This document shows, piece after piece, positions 27,301 to 36,800 of a stretch of 64,000 nucleotides of DNA. A program made the position numbers and the translations under genes. The notes beneath the pieces were generated by a model. That model had not been told where the DNA came from, searched no databases, and saw only the letters and a list, made by a program, of their open reading frames with translations. Numbering within the stretch: the first letter of the stretch is position 1; every line of letters begins with the position of its first letter. Origin of the DNA: Candidatus Hadarchaeota archaeon (GTDB lineage Archaea; Hadarchaeota; Hadarchaeia; Hadarchaeales; JAGGTB01); assembly GCA_964510375.1 (NCBI GenBank), contig CAZEBR010000001.1:37207-101206 (forward strand), read 5' to 3'.

Positions 27301-28336
27301 GATTGTCCGAGTCTAATTTCTCGTCAAACCATTCTGTTTCTTTTTCCAGAATGTAATCGTGCCTTGAGTTCCAGAAACGCTCTATAGTAACATTTCTAAC
27401 GCCAGATTGACTTTGCAATGAGTTTTTCTTGTCCTCAGCAGCAGATTGCGTATCAAGCTCGGTCGAGTGATCACTCCAGGTGGCCCACTCGGCCTTGTAC
27501 TCGATCTCGGGTCTTGAAACGATCTCGCCGTCAAGATCATTATTTGTGGCGTAATTACTTGCAGCGTAGTAGGTGTCGTGTCTTTTACTCTTATGCTCGA
27601 CTTCCTCCCACTCTACCGTGGTCCTGTCCAGAACGTTTTGAGCATAATACTCGGCAAGGTAATAAGTCGCTGTATCCTCCTCAATCTCCCACCCGTCAGT
27701 TTCTTGGGCGGCGTTCTGAAATTTGTTAGTCCATTCGAAATCTTCAAAATCTAAGATGACCTCGTAATTTTCCCAAACTACTCTGTCCTCTATCCATTTA
27801 GTGCTGACAAGCTCTTCCCCTCCTAAAGTATAGTTTCGAGAGATCGAATCAGTAGTTTCTGAAAGTTCTATATCGAAAGGGTCGTAGGTTAGCGGTATCG
27901 AAAAACTGACCTTTCCACCCTTACCCACAGTTTTGGTTTTCGATTTTTCTCCAAACCCTCTCCATCCCCCATCTAGAGGACCGTCTGCCTTTTCGTTCCT
28001 GTTTTTATCACCCGCAATCACCGTCACCGAGTGTAATCCCCCGCTCAGATTGTCAATCTCTATACTAAAATGACCGCTATCGTCTGCAAAGACGTCATCC
28101 CGAACTCTCGTCTCCGAGTTTACCACTATGGTCACGGGGGCATTGCTTTCCGTATGCCCTTCTATTAAAGTGATATCGTCCTTGTCTATAGTAATCTCGT
28201 AGGCTCCATAATCTCTGGTGGCTTTGTCGTTATTTTCTGGAGCATGTACGTTGATTGGAAGGGAAGAAAGCAAAAGAAAAGCCAAAGAAATAGTCACTAA
28301 TACTTTCTTTAAAATTTTAAAATCCCTTTTTCTCAA
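24350..28336 (-). CDS. Giant (1328 aa) secreted protein with two arrays of Cys/His-rich CNPHDC-NCHEVC-DTC-type repeats; function unknown (putative surface/metal-binding protein)
   Basis: Uninterrupted 3987-nt ORF; signal peptide MRKRDFKILKKVLVTISLAFLLLSSLPINVHA; repeats such as CNPHDCNPYNCNPHDCNPHDCNCHEVCDTC and CYDTCYDTCYETCYDTC; no known domain recognised. Confidence 0.7.
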   Translation of the reverse strand: MRKRDFKILKKVLVTISLAFLLLSSLPINVHAPENNDKATRDYGAYEITIDKDDITLIEGHTESNAPVTIVVNSETRVRDDVFADDSGHFSIEIDNLSGGLHSVTVIAGDKNRNEKADGPLDGGWRGFGEKSKTKTVGKGGKVSFSIPLTYDPFDIELSETTDSISRNYTLGGEELVSTKWIEDRVVWENYEVILDFEDFEWTNKFQNAAQETDGWEIEEDTATYYLAEYYAQNVLDRTTVEWEEVEHKSKRHDTYYAASNYATNNDLDGEIVSRPEIEYKAEWATWSDHSTELDTQSAAEDKKNSLQSQSGVRNVTIERFWNSRHDYILEKETEWFDEKLDSDNPYSDLTLVNTRKDECTEWDYKYKFEESYQCNPHDCNPYNCNPHDCNPHDCNCHEVCDTCTRSYPCNPHDCNCHSECDTCTTYYDCNPHDCNCHEVCETVTKCAYTTCWQEEECHEECDTCYDTCSSTYSCNCGEVCDTCYDTCYSSYECNCHEKCETCYDTCYDTCYETCYDTCTDTWWQDSYSSSVVSGNLVKTEKDECNNWTYDYKYEWVSGGHWEGGYDYRVEWEEGTHHSEWFDKKSEAGNAGQITDNRQVLSTGDWALEWDEATTKTGTYSEYQSAREHEEVQNVTFHVSSENGSGTLEYDSLDPWFRTEAFLDKSEAEQFAQNNGGEYATVIEKSGTLSVIKRRVENLVRRKKYEQEYEAGPWNSESVTVDVVSKNNYSGTVDLSEVSEGSMQVEIEHTPTYTPNDCNCHQVCDTTTRTYDCNPHECCHEECENTTVTYECNPHDCNCEEVCICSWGPNSWECDCDGRQCNSALYGCSHHEECDTCYDNCTKTVENCHQVCETCYDTCTETVEENCRQVCDACYNPKTVKVQPNPEMTGSTHTVEIIGTPSNPPQSRTVWSESKNYNLNLQSDKPSPETTTEILDTRQVKAPMPGSADLTILAKDNRTGETLGLNAMNVNGEQPFTGESGQTYPVPTGSYTLNPPQKFTMNGTKYELLKVDDTVTVDNGESATLTAYYQAEYELELGKKGPGTVEYQNHKTGETINQAAGDNYKVKFGNKVTLTAHPQGEWEKWTDGNPTSDYKSTRKSISFKIVKDETRIAHFKEGDGTDGEGSSNLGSSSELIGRTFYLCNSPGSISGDVKIYEYWDYDGVKVKIIRYIESNLAEDELSEQGAASDIIELINKGLGESITRGYMRTNSMGYTEDLENVTHTYKGYMLISMDESHTPISSGELSYSSPVPTPWVVEASNEKVLESFWNIVNDYNLDGHDDVDMGYMWGDPDEYVTDPGTPPSPPWPGSAKYDWKEYKKITTPEYER
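25720..26100 (-). repeat. Coding tandem repeat block 2 (second Cys/His-rich array of giant protein)
   Basis: Same unit types repeated (gtcgcacacttggcgacagtt, gtcgcactcttcgtggtg, ttcgcactcttcgtgacagc). Confidence 0.6.
26760..27230 (-). repeat. Coding tandem repeat block 1 (Cys/His-rich repeat array of giant protein)
   Basis: Reiterated GCA/ACA-punctuated 9-15 nt units on plus strand (reverse complement of TGC/TGT codons), e.g. gtcgcactcttcgtgaca, gtcgtagcaagtatcgca. Confidence 0.6.
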
Positions 28337-28418
28337 ATAAAACCCAAAATATTGATTTTACGAATAATTATAAAATTATTCCTTCTTTGTCAGGGATATA
28401 TTCTATAAATTGCTTTTT

Positions 28419-29162
28419 TTATAAATCAGAATCCCCGTCCGTTTCCGGGATAGGTTCGGCAATTAACAAGACACATTTTTCGCATATATTTCGAATGGTC
28501 TCCTTTTCCAGTATGTTTTGTTCGAAATATTCGTGTATATCTGGCAATATGTTCCAAGTAAAGTAATGGAACTTGATCGTGTCCGAATTCTTTTTATCTT
28601 CGCTGTATTCTGTTACCGATTTCACTGTGTTTTCTATCGAACTTTTGCAACAGTTTCGGACATCATCCGTGGAATCGGAGAATGATGCTCCGTTTTTCAG
28701 ACAGTCTTGAAACTTTTTACCCGTTCTATAGATTAGTTCTCTGTAAAGCTCCAAGATGTCCCGGATGGTCAGCCAGCTCGAGCGAGCTTCAATACTTTCG
28801 ATTTTATTGATGCCTATCCCCTCCGATATTCTGTTTATTAGTTTGTCGTTTAATATCAAAATCGGCAGTTTCAAGTGTGCGCTCAGCATTAGTCCGCGGA
28901 GGTCCGTTAGTGCCACGTTGTGTTCGACTCTGAACATTATCTGTCTGCTTAATTCGTCGTAAATGTCGGGCAAATGGGCGGGGTAAACGTCCCCTTTTCT
29001 GACGAGCTTACTGATGAGGCTGTGCTTTACGGATTCCTTTCTAACCTCGATAAGCTTGGATCTCGATAGCCAAGAATACGTGGAGCTGGGTATGTAAAGG
29101 CCGGAATTTGGAAATAGCTTTTTGGCTTTTTCGAGCGATGTCCTGTCGGTCAAGGCACTCAC
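28419..29162 (-). CDS. Hypothetical protein (247 aa), no recognisable domain
   Basis: Long ORF, AT-rich, located between the giant Cys-rich gene and the cyclophilin-like gene. Confidence 0.4.
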   Translation of the reverse strand: MSALTDRTSLEKAKKLFPNSGLYIPSSTYSWLSRSKLIEVRKESVKHSLISKLVRKGDVYPAHLPDIYDELSRQIMFRVEHNVALTDLRGLMLSAHLKLPILILNDKLINRISEGIGINKIESIEARSSWLTIRDILELYRELIYRTGKKFQDCLKNGASFSDSTDDVRNCCKSSIENTVKSVTEYSEDKKNSDTIKFHYFTWNILPDIHEYFEQNILEKETIRNICEKCVLLIAEPIPETDGDSDL

Positions 29163-29283
29163 GTCACAGACGGTCCCGAAATCCTGTATCGTCAGTTTTA
29201 ATCCCGTTTCCGTTTTCCGGCAAGATGGTTTTTAAGCTCGAAACAATCCGCATTTTTTAAAAGATATTTCCCCAATTTCCCTT

Positions 29284-29646
29284 TTGAGCATGTCACGAAA
29301 AATCAAGATCGAGACGGACGATTTCGAGGTCGTGGCGACATTACTCGAAGAAGAACGTCCCGAAACCTGCGATGCCGTCTGGGATGCCCTGCCGTTTGAG
29401 GGTAAAGCCTCTCAGTACAAGGAAGAAATCTACTTTGACATACCCATGGACATGGGTCCGGAGGACGCTACCCCCCAGACGGAGAGGGGCGACGTTTCCT
29501 ACTGGCCCGAGGGCCCGGCCTTCTGCGTCTTCTACGGCGATTCACAGCCGGTCAGCCCCGTCAACACCTTCGCCGAGATAGAGGGAGGATTGGAGAAATT
29601 TCGCGAAGTCCAGAGCGGCGATGTGGTGAGGGTAAGCAGAGCGTGA
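29284..29646 (+). CDS. Cyclophilin-like superfamily small protein (PF04126/DUF3830-like)
   Basis: 120 aa; pattern ..A..L.....P..WGDE.YF..P.....GDVSYWPEGPAFCVFYG........FAEIEGGLEKF....GD.V.V. Confidence 0.4.
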   Translation: MSMSRKIKIETDDFEVVATLLEEERPETCDAVWDALPFEGKASQYKEEIYFDIPMDMGPEDATPQTERGDVSYWPEGPAFCVFYGDSQPVSPVNTFAEIEGGLEKFREVQSGDVVRVSRA

Positions 29647-29786
29647 TGCGTTGTCCTATCGCTGTCTCTCCGAAAAAATCTCCAAATAGGGCCGTTATAA
29701 TCGATTAGGTGTATAATTCTTCCACGATTTCTCCGATTCGGCAAACATAAATTGGTGAAGCCGAGAAATAAATAAAAGGTGCATTT

Positions 29787-30209
29787 ATGTCGGGTGACTC
29801 GGACGAGCTGGACGAGCTTCTCGAGGATGAAGATATCGAAGTGGACAGGGATAGCATAAGCGACATCAGCGACACCATTCAGTACGTAGAGGAGGAGCTG
29901 GAGAGGGTATCGGACCTTCAGATGACCTATACCGGGAACCTTCTTAAGATCGGTCTTCTCGCCTGGATTTTCGGTTTCTCCGTGTTTGTCTGGGAGCTCT
30001 TGATACTGGGCGGACCGGGCTTCGAGTTCATCGATCCCACCATTTCTATCCCTCTCCTGGTGGCAACGGGTGCCGCACCGGTCGTGATCATGATTTTCCT
30101 GATCCAGAGCAACCGGAAGAGGCTGAGCAGATTGCGTAGGATTCGGAAGAAACTCCAGTCCGAGTACCACTCGACCGTCATGGACAAGGTGGAGAGAGAG
30201 GTAGCGTGA
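29787..30209 (+). CDS. Hypothetical membrane protein with acidic N-terminus and two TM helices
   Basis: 140 aa; DELDELLEDEDIEVD acidic head, two hydrophobic helices, basic C-terminal RKRLSRLRRIRKK. Confidence 0.35.
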   Translation: MSGDSDELDELLEDEDIEVDRDSISDISDTIQYVEEELERVSDLQMTYTGNLLKIGLLAWIFGFSVFVWELLILGGPGFEFIDPTISIPLLVATGAAPVVIMIFLIQSNRKRLSRLRRIRKKLQSEYHSTVMDKVEREVA

Positions 30210-30763
30210 AGTCGCTCGATTTTCTGTATCGGTCATTTTGAAGCTATCTGAGGTATTCTAAACATTGATATCTCTCGTTCGGTTCATTTTCCGGGAGAGT
30301 TGTAGTCAGCAATTATTTCAAGCAAACATATTGACAAACCTTATGGGACAAATGGGAACTAAATAAATAATTTTTACTTCAAAAAAGAATTTTTAGTCTA
30401 TATCGTCCTATTTTAATGTCATATATTGGTTTTTTTGATATATATTGAGATAAAAAACTATATATTTTCTTTTTTGGTTCATTCTTTCTTTTTCATGCGA
30501 AGCTTTAACACACTTTGTCTTGTTTAGATACTGGAAGCAAGAGGTCTATTTTCAAATATTTCTGAGGGGGAACGCCTTTTGGTAGATGTCTGATTTCGAA
30601 TTAGCGTTGAATCGGGCCTAGAAGAAAATGAAAATTGACTTTTAGTTTCTGGGAGCGAAGAATGATTATGAAAATTTGTGGTCATATCGAAATTGGATTT
30701 AACATTCCCCCCGTGATATCGGGTTACCAGAGCCGAGGTACTGATTGTGGTGAGGTGATTTAA

Positions 30764-31033
30764 ATGGATGGAGGAAACGGTGCGGAACTACTCGAGCGTT
30801 TCATGATTATACTGTCGGATCGAGATTGGCACACGATAGAGGATATCGCAGACGAGCTTTCCCTGTCCTTAGATAGCCTCAATGAGTTTCTGATTGAACT
30901 GGAGGATGCGGAGATAGTTCTTGTCGAAGGGGATAAGTATAAGAAAACCAATCTCGTCAAGGGCACGGATTTTGTCGACAGATTTTTAGAACTTCCGGTC
31001 GAGGAAGACTTTCAAGGTATGGATGGTAAGTAA
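30764..31033 (+). CDS. Small winged-helix (HTH_45-like) protein, paralogue 1
   Basis: 89 aa; ..IL.....W.TIEDIA.EL..S...L.EFLIELEDAEIV... pattern shared with the two following ORFs. Confidence 0.4.
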   Translation: MDGGNGAELLERFMIILSDRDWHTIEDIADELSLSLDSLNEFLIELEDAEIVLVEGDKYKKTNLVKGTDFVDRFLELPVEEDFQGMDGK

Positions 31034-31071
31034 ATATTACGGTATCATCGGTTTTAGCAAGGGGAGTTTTA

Positions 31072-31332
31072 ATGACAAAAATAAGGAGCCAGATTACAAG
31101 AGAGATACTCCAGATCGTCCAAGAGGCCGATGAATGCCATGAGGAAGACATTGATAAAGGGGTTGATCTTGATCGGGATACCCTCCAAGAATATGTTTCA
31201 ATTTTGATTGACGAAGGGTTCTTGAAAGAACATCATAGCAAAGCGAGGTACGAACTTACGGACAAAGGAGAGGCGATGATGAGGGCTTTTGGAAAATTGG
31301 ATGATATTACTTCCATTTCTATTGTTCTTTGA
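31072..31332 (+). CDS. Small winged-helix (HTH_45-like) protein, paralogue 2
   Basis: 86 aa; I.REILQIV.E...C.EEDI........TLQEYVSILIDEGFLKE......YELTDKGEAMM. Confidence 0.45.
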   Translation: MTKIRSQITREILQIVQEADECHEEDIDKGVDLDRDTLQEYVSILIDEGFLKEHHSKARYELTDKGEAMMRAFGKLDDITSISIVL

Positions 31333-31429
31333 ATACTTGTGGTTAATTGCGAACAATTAATACGTAATGAATCCGTAACACATTTGGAATGTTAATCAAA
31401 TAATTAAAATTCTAAGCAAGGTTCGAATA

Positions 31430-31696
31430 ATGACTAGATCTAAAACTGAGATTGTTAAAGATATTCTTGAAACTATAAAGGAGAATGAATCTTGTAAAAA
31501 GACCAGTATAGTTAGACTAGCTAATTTAGATTGGGATATGGCTGAAAGATATCTTAGCACGCTTTTAGAAGAGGGATTCGTGGATAAAAAAACGGAGGAA
31601 GGGTCTAGAGGGAAGGAATCCTATTTTCTGACTGAGAAGGGCGAGAGTCTTTTAAAAACTGTGAAGAAGATGAGTAAAATAAGTTCAATTTTTTGA
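31430..31696 (+). CDS. Small winged-helix (HTH_45-like) protein, paralogue 3
   Basis: 88 aa; IVKDILETIKENESCKKTSIVRLANLDWDMAERYLSTLLEEGFVDKK......YFLTEKGESLL. Confidence 0.45.
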   Translation: MTRSKTEIVKDILETIKENESCKKTSIVRLANLDWDMAERYLSTLLEEGFVDKKTEEGSRGKESYFLTEKGESLLKTVKKMSKISSIF

Positions 31697-31915
31697 ACTG
31701 TAGTTGTTAATAAATACAGATAATTATCTGAATATGGGAACGAAGAGGAGAAAGGGGGCTAACGGGTGAGCAGGTTTTTCGTCAGGCTGGCTACTGTATG
31801 GATTTTCGAAGTGAAATTCTGAGGGGAAAGCCTAATTCGACATTGAGTCTATTCTGAAAAGCTCCTTTGGCCAAAATTTTATTGGTTCTGCGAAAGAGTT
31901 AGACCTGCGATTCAA

Positions 31916-32761
31916 ATGGGAAAGCCGAAAAACCTCAAAGAGGCCCTGGAGGGAGAGTTCACGCAGGAGGAGTTGGAAAAAGTAGGGACTTCCTTCGACG
32001 TCGTGGGTGACATCGCCGTAATTAAGCTCCCTGATGAGCTCCTGGAAAGGAAGGGGATCGTGGGTGAGGCGCTGATGGAGGTTCATGGAAACGTCAAGAC
32101 CGTTTTGCTCCAGACAGGTCCCGTGGACGGCGAGTTCAGGATCAGGGAGCTGGAAGTGATCGCCGGTGAGGATAGGACCGAAACCGTGCATAAGGAGTAC
32201 GGTTGTTCATTCGAGGTTGACTTGGCCGAGGTCTATTTCTCCCCTCGTCTGGCCAACGAGAGGTTTCAGGTAGCCAAGAAGGTGGAGCCCGACGAGGTGG
32301 TTACTAACATGTTCGCAGGAGTTGGCTGCTATTCCATTCTTATGGCGAAACATGCCGATCCCGAAAAGGTCTACTCGATAGACAAGAATCCAAAGGCCGT
32401 CGAATACATGAAACGGAACGTCAGGACCAACAAGGTTAGCGGCACAGTGGTCCCTGTGGAAGGGGACGCCCGCGAAATGATAGAGAAGTACTTTGAGGAC
32501 AAGTCCGACCGCGTCCTCATGCCCTTGCCGGAGTTCGGCAGGGATTTTTTCGGTGACGCCCTCAAGGCGCTGAAGCCGGAGGGGGGGATAATTCACTTCT
32601 ACGACTACGGAGAGGACCCCGATCTGTTCGGACCATCGCTGGATTTCGTTAGAGATGAGGCTTCCGGCAAGAGTGTGGAGCTGAGGGACAAGCGAGTCGT
32701 CCGATCTTACGCTCCGAATCTATATCACGTCGTCTTGGACCTTCAGATAGAGCCGAAATGA
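31916..32761 (+). CDS. Trm5/Tyw2-family class I SAM-dependent tRNA methyltransferase (Met-10+ like; tRNA m1G37 methyltransferase)
   Basis: 281 aa; D1-like N-terminus then VVTNMFAGVGCYSILMAKH SAM-binding motif and acidic loops typical of archaeal Trm5. Confidence 0.7.
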   Translation: MGKPKNLKEALEGEFTQEELEKVGTSFDVVGDIAVIKLPDELLERKGIVGEALMEVHGNVKTVLLQTGPVDGEFRIRELEVIAGEDRTETVHKEYGCSFEVDLAEVYFSPRLANERFQVAKKVEPDEVVTNMFAGVGCYSILMAKHADPEKVYSIDKNPKAVEYMKRNVRTNKVSGTVVPVEGDAREMIEKYFEDKSDRVLMPLPEFGRDFFGDALKALKPEGGIIHFYDYGEDPDLFGPSLDFVRDEASGKSVELRDKRVVRSYAPNLYHVVLDLQIEPK

Positions 32762-32827
32762 CGTCCTATCCCTTATGGTTATACTTTTAAAGTCAGACGC
32801 CTCACAAATTATTGCGGAGGAAAAAGT

Positions 32828-33100
32828 TTGTCGAGGATACTTGCGAGCAGTCTGCGCGATATGAGGATTCTGACCGACAAGGGCTTGAGAGTAGGCACTA
32901 TTTTCGACTTGGATGTGGATGAAGAAACTGGTGAGGTCGAAACTCTCGTCGTCAAGCCTGAATCCCAGGATATTGCTCAGAACCTTTCCACTGACGAGGA
33001 TGGAAACGCCCTGGTCCCATTTGATGCCGTAGTGGCCATTCGCGATTATATAGTTATTGCCGAGAAAAATCTGGCTGTTCAGCAATTGAAGGGCCGCTGA
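32828..33100 (+). CDS. PRC-barrel domain protein
   Basis: 90 aa; L.DMRILTDKGLRVGTIFDLDVDEETGEVETLVV pattern. Confidence 0.55.
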   Translation: MSRILASSLRDMRILTDKGLRVGTIFDLDVDEETGEVETLVVKPESQDIAQNLSTDEDGNALVPFDAVVAIRDYIVIAEKNLAVQQLKGR

Positions 33101-33790
33101 TTACCAACCGAAATGCAACCTAGTTGCGAATTTTTCGGGAAGTCCAGCTTCCTTTATCATTTTTTCGACTTTCTCCACGTCGTAGGAGACCCGCTTCGTG
33201 GATACCTCCCTCTCGTCACCTAGCTCCAAAACCATATAGCTGGCTTTCGGTTCTCTGTCCCTCGGCTGTCCCACGCTCCCCGGGTTTATGACGAGTTTTC
33301 CCTGAATCATTTCCTCGAGCGGAACGTGAGTGTGTCCCAGCACGATCACATCGGAGTTTGCGGTTTGGGTCATCTTTGCGAGTGCCTTTTTTGAAGTCCC
33401 CGGATACAGATATTCGTTCAAAGGATTTCTGGGAGTTCCGTGTGCTATCGAGATTTTGTGGCCTTCTACTTGGATATCCTCGATCTCGTCGAGCTTCTTC
33501 AAAAAATTCAGGTTCTTGTTCTTGAGTTCCTTCCGGTTCCACCGGTCGGCCTCGGTGGCCAGTTCGTCGTAAGAGTGGTAGTCTCCGGTGATCACGGCGT
33601 GGTCGTGATTTCCAAGAACGGATAATATGTTCCTCGTTCTTACCGTCTCGATCACCTCGTTAGGCTGAGGACCATATCCGACGAGGTCTCCGGCACAGAG
33701 GATCCTGTCCACCTCAGGCATGTCCTCTAAAACGGCATGAAGGGCAACTGCATTGGAGTGAGGATCGGCTATCACGCCAATTTTTTTCAT
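33101..33790 (-). CDS. Metallophosphoesterase (MJ0936/YfcE-like phosphodiesterase)
   Basis: MKKIGVIADPHSN, CAGDLVGYGP, GNHD, VLGHTH calcineurin-like motifs. Confidence 0.7.
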   Translation of the reverse strand: MKKIGVIADPHSNAVALHAVLEDMPEVDRILCAGDLVGYGPQPNEVIETVRTRNILSVLGNHDHAVITGDYHSYDELATEADRWNRKELKNKNLNFLKKLDEIEDIQVEGHKISIAHGTPRNPLNEYLYPGTSKKALAKMTQTANSDVIVLGHTHVPLEEMIQGKLVINPGSVGQPRDREPKASYMVLELGDEREVSTKRVSYDVEKVEKMIKEAGLPEKFATRLHFGW

Positions 33791-33805
33791 AAAAATCAGC
33801 CCGGG

Positions 33806-36800
33806 TTATTCGGTACGTCCCAGAGAGATTTTGAAATCTTGATCGTTGATTTCCCACTTCTTTTTGTAATCTTTTTTATCAACTTTTCTGGGGTTTACTA
33901 TCTCGAGGTTATCGACTCTGACCTCCTGTTTTATGTAATCGCTCTTGCTTTTCAACGACTGCTTGCTCTCTTTGCTTTCCACCCCGATCGCGGCGTTGAC
34001 TCTTTCCTCCATCTCGAGGTCCATCTCCTTTCTCATCTCCTGCATTCTCCTGACCACGTCCCTCGTGACTCTTTCCGTCTTTAGTTCCGGGGTAACCGTG
34101 GTATCGATAATCACGTCTCCGTAGGAGGACTCCGCGCTGACTAGTTCTTCCGGTAATTGGTCCAGCGAAAGGTCGTTCAGACCGACCTTGACCTTTTCTC
34201 CCTTGACGGTGAGACCGACAAACCCCTGAGACTCAACCTGACTTCTGATCTGGGTGAGGTCCATATTCTTGATCACGTTTTGAATCGAAGGAGCTAGGTC
34301 ATCAAATCGATCTTTCAGTGATTCCATGTTGACCTCGCACCTCAGGTCCACCTCGTCCCGAAACTCTTCTTCCGTGAGGACTTCCACCTCCTTGCAATTT
34401 AGCTGGTCGGTCAGAATCTTTTCCAGTCTTCTCGCGGATTCCTTCAAATCCTCGCTGTCCGCCTTTATTATCACCCTTTTTACCGGCCAGCGACGCTTCA
34501 GGTCCGCTCGCTGTCGCGCCTTTGCTCCGGCCTTCACGTATTCTCTTACCGCTTCCATGTCATTCTCCAGCTGTTCGTCGACCCTCGACTCGTCGAACTC
34601 GGGCCATGATAGCTGATGGACGCTTTCTGGTCTCGAGGGCTCGGCGGCCATGCCCATCTTTTGATACATTTCCTCGGCCGCATGCGGCATGAGGGGGGAT
34701 AATAGTCTGAATAGGATATCGAAAACCCGATAAAGCGTCTGGTATGCGACTTCCTTTCGAGGGTCCTTTTCCTCGATCCAAGTCCTCCTCCTTATGAGCT
34801 TGATGTACCATCTGCTGAGATCTTCCAGTATGAAAGACTCGAGTTCCCTCGTCGCCTTGTGGAAGTTTCTTTCTTCCAGATGCCTCGTGACGGTTTGTAT
34901 GGTATCGTGGATTCTCGATAGGATCCATCTGTCCTCAACCATCAGGTTCTCTTCAATCTCCTCTTCGCTCATTTCCCGCGGGTCGAACTCGTCTAGGCTC
35001 ATGTAAGTAGTAGCGAACTTGAAGCTGTTCCAGAGGACCTTTAGTAGCCTGTCGGCCACCTCAACCTCGTCCCAGCTGAACCTCAGGTCCTCCCACACTG
35101 GACTCGTGTGGAGCATGTAGAATCTGAGGACATCTGACCCGTATTCCTCCACCACCTCCGAAGGTTCCACTACGTTTCCCAAGGATTTTGACATCTTTCT
35201 TCCTTCCTCGTCCAGAGTGAATCCGTGCATCAATGCCTCCCGATATGGCAAATCGTCGAAGGCTATCATCGAGGCGACCTGCTGACCGTAGAACCACTTT
35301 GTAACCTGATCCTCCCCTTCCGTTATGAATTGGCTCGGCCAGAGTTCCTCGATCGTTTCCTCGTCCCTCGGATAGTCCAAACTGGCCCATCCGGCGACGC
35401 TAGAGTCGAACCAAACGTCGAGCACGTCCGGAATACGTTTCATTTTTCCGTTGCAAGAGGGGCAGTCAATAGTTACTTTGTCCACATCGGGCCTGTGGAG
35501 GTCGATATCTTCGAATTCTTTGTCGGAGTTCTGCAGCAACTCCTCCTTGCTTGAGATAAGTTTCTTTTCCTCGCACTCCTCGCAGGACCATATGGGGATA
35601 GGCACTCCCCAGAACCGCTGTCTCGAGATGCACCAATCGCCCACTGATTCCACGCCGTCGTTGAACCTTTTTTGGGCCCAGTCGGGCACCCATTTGACTT
35701 TTTCAGTGTTTTGCTCTATTATGTCGGACTTGATCTGGCTCGTGTCCACGAACCACTGACCGGTCGCGCGGAAAATCAGCGGAGTTCCGCATCTCCAGCA
35801 GTGAGGATAAGAGTGTCGGATCTTTCCGCTCTTGAGCAGAACGTTCTTCTGATCCAGGTCTTCTAGGACGACATCGTCCGCGTCCTTTACGTATATGCCC
35901 TCGTATTTACCGGCCTCTTCGGTGAATTTTCCGTCCGGTCCCACTGGACTGAAAACCGGCAGATCGTATTCCTTTCCGATTTCAAAGTCCTCTTCTCCGT
36001 GTCCCGGTGCAGTATGTACGCATCCGGTTCCCTCCTCGATGGTGACGTGCTCTGCGGTTATCACCTTGTGATATGGTTTGAAGTCGTTCTGCTTGGGTAC
36101 TTCCTTCAGCATCGGGTGTTCGTATCTCAGGCCCTCCAGCTCCTCGCCTTTAACGATATCCACCAACTTGTAGTCGTAGATACCTAGCTCTCCCATCACC
36201 TTGGAAACGAGCGCTTCGGCAAGGATGTAGGTATCGTCACCGACCTCGACCTTGGCATAGTTCAAGTCGGGATTGACGGCGACCGATATGTTCGAGGGTA
36301 TAGTCCAGGGGGTGGTGGTCCAGACGAGTAAGTATTCGTCTGACGTGTAGGTAAGCTTGAAGCGAGCGTAAAGTGAAGGATCTTTTACTTGCCTATATTC
36401 GCCCCTTATTTCGTGTTCCGCAAGGGCCGTTTCGCATCTGGGACACCACTGTATGACCTGTGACCTTTTTTCCATCAGTCCCTTTTCTTCCGCCTGTTTC
36501 AAAGTCCACCATACCGTCTCTATGTAGTCGTCCTTGAAGGTGAGATAGGGATCCTCCCAGTCCATCCAAACGCCGAGCCTTTTGAACTGATCGCTCATTA
36601 TGTCCACGTGTTCGGTGGCCCAGTTCTTACATTCCTCTATAAAGTTCCCGATACCGTACTCTTCCTCTATGTCCTTCTTCGAGTCTATGTTCAGCTTCTC
36701 CTCGACTTTCACCTCAATTGGGAGGCCGTGACAGTCCCATCCTGGCTGTCTTCTCACGTCGTGACCTTGCATGGTCTTGAAGCGCAGGACGGTGTCCTTT

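Noticed and set aside
30237-30763. 520-bp AT-rich non-coding region considered as replication origin
   Set aside because: No ORB/mini-ORB-like inverted repeats recognised and no orc1/cdc6 adjacent. More likely promoter/leader space of the wHTH array or an island junction.
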